From: Candidatus Nanohaloarchaea archaeon
GTDB lineage: Archaea > Nanohalarchaeota > Nanosalinia > Nanosalinales > Nanosalinaceae
Reading direction: 5' to 3'
Assembly (NCBI GenBank): GCA_041639695.1
Contig: JBEQBQ010000016.1
Coordinates: 1 to 22,937 of the forward strand
Length of the DNA stretch: 22,937 nucleotides
This document shows, in pieces, positions 17,475 to 22,937 of this stretch. The notes beneath the pieces are model-generated. The model saw nothing but the letters and a program-made list of their open reading frames with translations, searched no databases and was not told where the DNA came from. Both the position numbers and the translations under genes were made by a program. Numbering within the stretch: position 1 is the stretch's first letter; every line of letters begins with the position of its first letter.

Positions 17475-18317
17475 ATGACCGACACACTAGAAAGGGTTTC
17501 TGAAGGCTTCAATTCTGAGATGGATAAAGAAAATCTAAGAGACGAATTTATGGACGACTTTGAAGACTTCCGAGAGCTACTTGAAGACGGAGATATCCGC
17601 GCAGCAGAAAGAAATGAGAATAGCGAATGGGAGACTAATCCAAGAGTAAAAGAGGGGATTTTACTGGCCTTCAAGCTAGGAGAAAACGTTCCTTTCGAAG
17701 GCGGATACATGGAATTCCAAGACAAAGACACACTTCCTCCACAAGAAGAACTCGAAGACGCAAGAGTAGTTCCTGGCGGATCCTCAGTTAGAAGCGGGGC
17801 ATATGTGGGCGATATCATCCAGATGCCTCCATCATACATCAACGTAGGAGCATATGTTGAAGATGACACAATGGTTGACTCACTGGCCCTAGTTGGATCG
17901 GCCGCACAGGTAGGTGAAGACGCCCATATCTCAACTGGAGCAAAGCTTGGCGGCGTCTTGGAACCAGTTGGCCAGTCACCCGTCGTAATTGAGGATAATG
18001 TGTTTCTGGGAGGAAATAGCGGAGTTTATGAGGGCACCACTGTACGGGAAAACGCAGTAATTGCCCCTAATGTTGCGCTCACCTCTGGCACCACTATCTA
18101 TGACGAGGTTCAGGATACCAGTTACTCTGCGGAGTTCGATGAGGACGGAAACCTAGAGGATCCACTAGAGGTACCTGAAAACGCAGTCGTGGTTAATGGG
18201 GCAGTAGAACACGGAGAAGCTGATGGACGGACCACCTATATAGAAGCGCCTATCGTGGTAAAATACAGGGACGAATCCACAGAAGCCAGTACAGCGCTAG
18301 AGGAACATCTGAGATAG
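17475..18317 (+). CDS. dapD: 2,3,4,5-tetrahydropyridine-2,6-dicarboxylate N-acyl(succinyl)transferase
   Basis: W..N..VKEGILL.F, RVVPGGS.VR.GAY, PSYINVGAYV, TMVDS, VGSAAQVG, GGVLEPV and P.VIED motifs with hexapeptide repeats. Confidence 0.9.
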   Translation: MTDTLERVSEGFNSEMDKENLRDEFMDDFEDFRELLEDGDIRAAERNENSEWETNPRVKEGILLAFKLGENVPFEGGYMEFQDKDTLPPQEELEDARVVPGGSSVRSGAYVGDIIQMPPSYINVGAYVEDDTMVDSLALVGSAAQVGEDAHISTGAKLGGVLEPVGQSPVVIEDNVFLGGNSGVYEGTTVRENAVIAPNVALTSGTTIYDEVQDTSYSAEFDEDGNLEDPLEVPENAVVVNGAVEHGEADGRTTYIEAPIVVKYRDESTEASTALEEHLR

Positions 18318-18459
18318 ACCTTCTAGCAAACCTCTTCTCCCTTTTTCCTTCTATTCAAGCAATCCTAATATTCCCAGCAGGTTACAACCCACTTCCCCCT
18401 ATACGAGAGCTTTTTCCAGACAATCAGACTTTTTATTTAGTCGAGCTAATTGCTTTTCT

Positions 18460-19218
18460 ATGCCTTCAAGAGAAGAGGTATTGGACTTCCTGAACTCTGA
18501 ATTAGATACAGAGCATTTCAACAGTATCGATGATGCCGATTTCAACGGCGCACTGGTGAAAGGATCTAGAGATGTGGAAAAAGTCGGTCTGTGTACAAAC
18601 ACTACGTTTGAGAATATAGACTCTGCCTCTGAGCTGGACTGCGATATGGTGCTCGTTCATCACGGCGGCTGGAAAAGATTTGACATGGATCTTTTCGAGG
18701 AGAAGAAGCAGGAAATGAAAGAAAATAACCTTACCTGGTATATCGCCCATCAAACACTTGACTGCGCAGACGATTTTGGAATATGCGTGGCATTAGCCGA
18801 TAAACTTGGTATAGAAGTAGACGGGAAGTACTGTGAGATTCAAGGTGGACCTCACGGACGTCACGGCCACCTAAATATCTCCAAAGACGAGTTTCTCGAA
18901 AGACTGGCGAAAATAGAACCTGGTTATGAAGTTATCGGAGAGATCGAAGATATAGAAAATCAAAAGATAGGTGTTGTAGGCGGGGGCGGCGGCGCATTCG
19001 GCGATATCGTCAAGGAAACAATCGACATAGGATGCGACGTCTTCATTACAGGCAACACGATGTTCGCAAACGAGATCTACGCATACGAAAAAGGCTTGAC
19101 GATGATAGTTCTAGAAGAAACCTCAAGCGAGAGATGGGGCGTTTACGCGCTCGGACAACATCTTAAAGGAAACTTCTCAGATATTGAAACTGTTAGAATA
19201 GATGAGAAAAACTGGTAA
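18460..19218 (+). CDS. Nif3/YbgI-like dinuclear metal centre hexameric protein
   Basis: D..NG..V.GS..VEKV, LVHHG, AH..LD, G.GG, D.FITG and SERWGV.AL motifs. Confidence 0.88.
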   Translation: MPSREEVLDFLNSELDTEHFNSIDDADFNGALVKGSRDVEKVGLCTNTTFENIDSASELDCDMVLVHHGGWKRFDMDLFEEKKQEMKENNLTWYIAHQTLDCADDFGICVALADKLGIEVDGKYCEIQGGPHGRHGHLNISKDEFLERLAKIEPGYEVIGEIEDIENQKIGVVGGGGGAFGDIVKETIDIGCDVFITGNTMFANEIYAYEKGLTMIVLEETSSERWGVYALGQHLKGNFSDIETVRIDEKNW

Positions 19219-19254
19219 AAAAGTAGAGAACCTTTTCCCCGAATACAAGGAGAA

Positions 19255-19725
19255 TTAAGGGACGATCTCCCCTGTCTCTCCTCCGAACATTTCATCGTAA
19301 GAGTCTTCGTGCATAAATCTCGCGTGTGCAGGAGCCATTCCTGTGAGTTCTGATGAGACTTCGAGTAGCTGCCTGCTGGTTGCGTTCAGGTCCTCTGGCT
19401 CTAGAGCCCTTCCTTCCTGAGAAACCGATGTCGTCATGGTTCTACCCATAGCGTAGGAGATCGCTGTACTCATATGTGCTTGGGCTTCTTCAGGCAGTTG
19501 ATCCGGATCCATACCTGCGTAATCGTCTAGACTAGTTTCGTCGTCGATCGCAGGGTTGTTGTCATATCCGTCAAAGGTGCTGTCGATTTTGCCTTGGTCG
19601 TATTCTAGTTCTGTTTCTTCGTGTTCTGTGAGCGGTGTTTCTTGGGTGGTTTTTGTTCCCATTTCCATTACGTCTTTCAGAAACTGGCGTGATGGAACTT
19701 CAGGATCTTCTGTATATTCTGTCAT
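19255..19725 (-). CDS. Hypothetical acidic protein
   Basis: 156-aa acidic ORF that fills the gap; minus-strand TTAAAA about 30 nt upstream; no recognised motif. Confidence 0.7.
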   Translation of the reverse strand: MTEYTEDPEVPSRQFLKDVMEMGTKTTQETPLTEHEETELEYDQGKIDSTFDGYDNNPAIDDETSLDDYAGMDPDQLPEEAQAHMSTAISYAMGRTMTTSVSQEGRALEPEDLNATSRQLLEVSSELTGMAPAHARFMHEDSYDEMFGGETGEIVP

Positions 19726-19789
19726 GGTTATACAAGTACTTTGTTCAGCCAGCCTTTTAATTGTTTTGTTACCTAATAGTAAATACAGT

Positions 19790-20149
19790 TTAATCCTTCC
19801 TCTGAAGAAACCATACCGAAACAGCGAACAAGACCAGTCCGAAATCTCTAACCGCTAAGTCCCATATACCAAGCCTTGCGACCTGTAAAGTGATTATCGA
19901 GAGCCAGAAAGCTGTCAGACCGGCAAAATACTTCGTCTTTCTGCCATAAACCAGTCCTAATCCCAGAAATGCCTCGAACAACCCTCCAAGCAGGACAAGG
20001 TTTTCCGCTGATAGAGGAACTAGCTGCAGTATTATCTTTGGCTCGTAACCTGTCCAGTACTCGAGGATAAACAGCTTCGAGAGACCGGCTACAATCATGA
20101 ATACGCCAAGCAGCTTTGCGGGTACGTTCTCGACTTCGATGTCGGGCAT
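19790..20149 (-). CDS. DoxX-family membrane protein
   Basis: LLG.F...GLSK, G.FE..LG.GL..G and VRDFGL motifs; about 4 TMs. Confidence 0.8.
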   Translation of the reverse strand: MPDIEVENVPAKLLGVFMIVAGLSKLFILEYWTGYEPKIILQLVPLSAENLVLLGGLFEAFLGLGLVYGRKTKYFAGLTAFWLSIITLQVARLGIWDLAVRDFGLVLFAVSVWFLQRKD

Positions 20150-20204
20150 AACTCTGTAGTTGGATGCGGAAAGAGTTAAAACCCGCGGAAGCCCATTTCC
20201 AGTT

Positions 20205-20645
20205 ATGAGGATTGAACTGGTTCTGCTGGCAGCGGTTATACTGGCCTCGGGTTGTGTAGGTCAAAGCACTTCGAACCCCGGAAATCCAGCTGAACAGCCA
20301 GCAGGGACCTCCAGTCCCACAAACATCTCCACAAACAATACTGTTGTCTACTACACCGACAGAGGTTTCCAGCCTCAGACTGTCGAGATCGAAAAGAGGG
20401 AGACCGTTACCTGGATAAACAACGCTTCGACCTCGATGTGGGTCGGCAGCGACAGGCACCCCAGACACACCGAGTACTCGGGCAGCTCCACGCTTGAGCA
20501 CTGCCAGAACGGAGATCAGAACCAGCCGGCTTTCGACCAGTGTTCGACAGGCGACCGTTTCAGCTTCACATTCGAGAAAACAGGTGAATGGGGCTACCAC
20601 AACCACCGGGCCGCAGGAGACACCGGAACCGTAGTGGTTAACTAG
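20205..20645 (+). CDS. Cupredoxin-fold lipoprotein with atypical metal ligands
   Basis: Lipobox ASGC; GFQPQTVEI...TVTWIN and FSFTFEKTGEWGYHNH...GTVVV match the cupredoxin pattern. ATG 20205. Confidence 0.8.
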   Translation: MRIELVLLAAVILASGCVGQSTSNPGNPAEQPAGTSSPTNISTNNTVVYYTDRGFQPQTVEIEKRETVTWINNASTSMWVGSDRHPRHTEYSGSSTLEHCQNGDQNQPAFDQCSTGDRFSFTFEKTGEWGYHNHRAAGDTGTVVVN

Positions 20646-20699
20646 AAATTTCCTGACGGTAAGTACAACCGTAATAAACCATTCTTCTCATTAATTGGC

Positions 20700-21917
20700 A
20701 TGACAGAGCTTGAAGACGCACAGCAGAACCTTGAAGAAGCACTCCACGCTATAGACAAAAAAGAATATTTCGAGAGGTTTGAGAACCCGAAACGTTTCGT
20801 CGAGGTCAACTTTCCTGTCGAAATGGATTCAGGCGAGAAAAAAGTTTTCAGAGGGTCTCGTTCACTTCACTCGGACATTAGAGGGCCTGGTAAAGTGGAA
20901 TCCGCTTTTCCGAAAATGTTTCCGAGGAAGAGGTCAAAGCCCTTTCCATCTGGATGTCACTGAAGACCGCGATCGCCGATGTTCCTTTCGGAGGGGCCAA
21001 AGGCGGCGTGATAGTCGACCCATCAAACCTATCTGAAAAAGAGGAGGAACGGCTTTCAAGACGTTATATTGATGCTGTAGCCGAGGTTATAGGTGAAGAC
21101 AGGGATGTTCCAGCCCCGGATATGAACACTTCCGGCCAGAACATGGCTTGGATGATGGACGAGTACAGTGAGGACAACCGGGAACAGATCCCTGGAGTTA
21201 TACCGGTAAACCTGTCGAAGTTTTCGGTTCTAAAGGCAGAAGCGAAGCCACAGGTTACGGCGCAGCCTACGTTATAGAAAGACTTGTGGAGAACGAGGAT
21301 CTGAACCCAAAGACCTTGATGTAGCTGTACAGGGATTCGGGAACGCTGCAGCACCCGCAGTACAGAAACTGGATGATTTAGGGTTTAACGTGGTTGCGGT
21401 CTCAGATTCAGGCGGGGCAATCTATAGAAAAGAAGGTTTCGACTACGAAAAGCTGAGTGGCTGTAAACGCGAACATGGAACAGTCTGCGAGATCGGTGAA
21501 AAAGTTTCTAACAAAGAGCTGTTGAGCTTGGATATCGATATACTTATTCCAGCAGCGCTGGAGGGCGTGATTACCGAGGAGAACGCAGGTGATGTCTAGG
21601 CAGATTATATCGTTGAGATTGCGAACGGGCCGGCCACTAGAGATGCGGATGAAATCCTTGAGGAAAACGGTGTGAGAATGATACCGGACGTTCTTGCTAA
21701 TTCCGGCGGCGTCACCGTTTCTTACTACGAATGGGTTCAGAACCGGACAGGCGAATACTGGGAGAAGGAGAAGGTACTGGATAAGCTCAGAGAAAATATT
21801 CAGTCGGCTTACTCTGATTTCGAGAGTTTGCGAACGGAAAAAGAAGTCTACGGCAGGAAAGCGGCGTACATGATAGGTGCAAGAAAACTGGTCGATTCTC
21901 TAGAATTCAGAAGCTGA
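20700..21917 (+). pseudogene. gdhA: Glu/Leu/Phe/Val (glutamate) dehydrogenase, disrupted by three 1-nt deletions and one in-frame TAG
   Basis: Continuous GDH motifs across frames: GPGKGGIRF, PFGGAKGG, DVPAPD, ITGKP, GR.EATG.G, VAVQGFGN, PAALE, ANGP, PDVLANSGGVTVSYYEW. Shifts at about 20895, 21202 and 21310; TAG at 21597-21599. Confidence 0.9.
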
Positions 21918-22451
21918 CTCTAGTTCTAGCGAGCTTACTACTTCCTTCCATCCCTCTTTTTCTGGATCGGAAGCTTCTATTCTAATATCCTTTCTGGGCT
22001 CTGTTTCCGGGTTAGAACGCCAGGGAAGCCTATCTGTTATTGAATTATTGGGGTAGCTTAAGCCTTCACCTTTAACTTTTAGGTTAAAGTCTGGGACTCT
22101 GGGCTCTACTGAAACAACCGGGTCTAAGTAGTCAATTTGATATTTCCGGAACTCCTTTTTCTTTGAAAGCCAGACCTCGTCTGCCGAACATTCACCTAGT
22201 TGTTCTGACATTTTCTCCAGATTCTTTAGGCCGACCCTGTGAACATTCTCTAATGCATCAAGTTCTTCGGGAGACCCATTACTTACAATTATAGAAAGTT
22301 CCTCATCCTTAACCTCGTAATGTACCTCGTAGACATTCATTCGGTCTTTTATCTCCGTCCCTAGTTCTTGCATGAAGTCTACGAATCCTTTCACGGGCAA
22401 ATCGGATTCCGGCATCTCTGTTTTGTAGTATCTTTCTTGATAATCCGACAT
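21900..22451 (-). CDS. Hypothetical protein
   Basis: 183-aa acidic ORF; 18-nt convergent overlap with the gdhA end; no recognised motif. Confidence 0.7.
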   Translation of the reverse strand: MSDYQERYYKTEMPESDLPVKGFVDFMQELGTEIKDRMNVYEVHYEVKDEELSIIVSNGSPEELDALENVHRVGLKNLEKMSEQLGECSADEVWLSKKKEFRKYQIDYLDPVVSVEPRVPDFNLKVKGEGLSYPNNSITDRLPWRSNPETEPRKDIRIEASDPEKEGWKEVVSSLELESASEF

Positions 22452-22543
22452 CTTGTGTCACCATACAACAACAAAACTTATACCTGTTTGTGTTTGTCTT
22501 GTTCTGCCAGATCACTTAACTCAAACTATTCAACAACATAAAT

Positions 22544-22937
22544 ATGAAAGTCGCAGGCAAATGCCCACCGGAAAGAGAAGAACTCAAAGAGACAGAGAAA
22601 AAGGGATTCGAAAACATCGAGCTTTACATAGAAAGAAAGCACCTTGACTCGATGGACAGAACTCTAGAGAACCTGAAAAACTCCGGTTTAAACGTTGTAT
22701 CAGTGCACACCCCGCACGTTAAGCTCGAGGAGAAAGATTATCTGAGGAAAACCGACCGTCTTGCAGACCAGCTTGATGCATATCTTGTCTTCCATACCGG
22801 GAAATACGTGCATACAGAGATACCTGAGGTCGAAGAGATCGATTTCAAGTCGAACTACGGCTATGAGAACCAGCCTGGTAGCAGCGTAAGATGTCTCGAA
22901 AACTGTATATTGAACAGAAATCATGAACTTGTTCTTG
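22544..22937 (+). CDS. Xylose isomerase-like TIM-barrel protein (sugar phosphate isomerase/epimerase/AP endonuclease 2 family); runs off the window
   Basis: Manual translation from ATG 22544 is open to the end: ...GFENIELY...LNVVSVHTPH...YLVFH...GYEN...HELVL. GF..IEL, S.H.P, V.H and EN are typical of this fold. Confidence 0.72.
   Translation, partial: MKVAGKCPPEREELKETEKKGFENIELYIERKHLDSMDRTLENLKNSGLNVVSVHTPHVKLEEKDYLRKTDRLADQLDAYLVFHTGKYVHTEIPEVEEIDFKSNYGYENQPGSSVRCLENCILNRNHELVL

Noticed and set aside
20656-20672. ACGGT-N7-ACCGT inverted repeat upstream of gdhA
   Set aside because: The 5-bp arms are within chance expectation and I saw no second copy.
4986-21599. Stop-codon reassignment suggested by in-frame TGA (vapC) and TAG (gdhA, LamG remnant)
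   Set aside because: TAG and TGA end many intact genes at their expected positions (iaaA, dapD, lplA, pduO, MMPL). The internal stops occur in the decayed patch or in a gene with other lesions.
22590-22612. Suspected frameshift in the terminal TIM-barrel gene
   Set aside because: Recounting gives GAG AAA AAG GGA TTC in frame. The gene is missing from the track only because it has no stop inside the window.
140-22924. Many antisense or overlapping ORFs in the track (e.g. 140..640, 7745..8371, 9114..9368, 9681..9965, 17456..17869, 19848..20606, 22700..22924)
   Set aside because: They are Ser/Phe-rich shadows of acidic genes on the opposite strand, or alternative frames of genes with clear family motifs.

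Overview
Compact archaeal chromosomal segment. The strongly acidic proteome, moderate GC, tRNAs without encoded CCA, TATA boxes about 25 nt before start codons and a box C/D RNA suggest a halophilic, probably Nanohaloarchaeota-like (DPANN) organism; this is inference. From left to right: 3' end of a PduO-type adenosyltransferase; isoaspartyl peptidase/asparaginase; a MhqO/MhqD-like dioxygenase plus esterase pair; lipoate ligase followed by a divergent paralogue that appears to lack the catalytic Lys; tRNA-Leu(GAG); a decayed accessory patch (frameshifted DUF433, nonsense-interrupted VapC with intact antitoxin, LamG remnant, Cys-rich fragment); a DUF4352 membrane protein; a DxDxDG-repeat zinc metalloprotease; a minus-strand cluster of two half-size MMPL/RND genes, a COG1361 protein and a PepSY protein, with a perfect 16-bp palindrome in its promoter; AI-2E transporter; TetR regulator; an unannotated small His-leader membrane protein; MFS transporter; an intergenic twin-guide box C/D sRNA; a YdjM-like hydrolase; tRNA-His(GUG) with upstream hairpins; dapD; Nif3; DoxX; an atypical cupredoxin lipoprotein; a multiply disrupted gdhA; and a TIM-barrel gene running off the right end. 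Several single-base homopolymer indels suggest residual sequencing error, so pseudogene calls need read-level checks.
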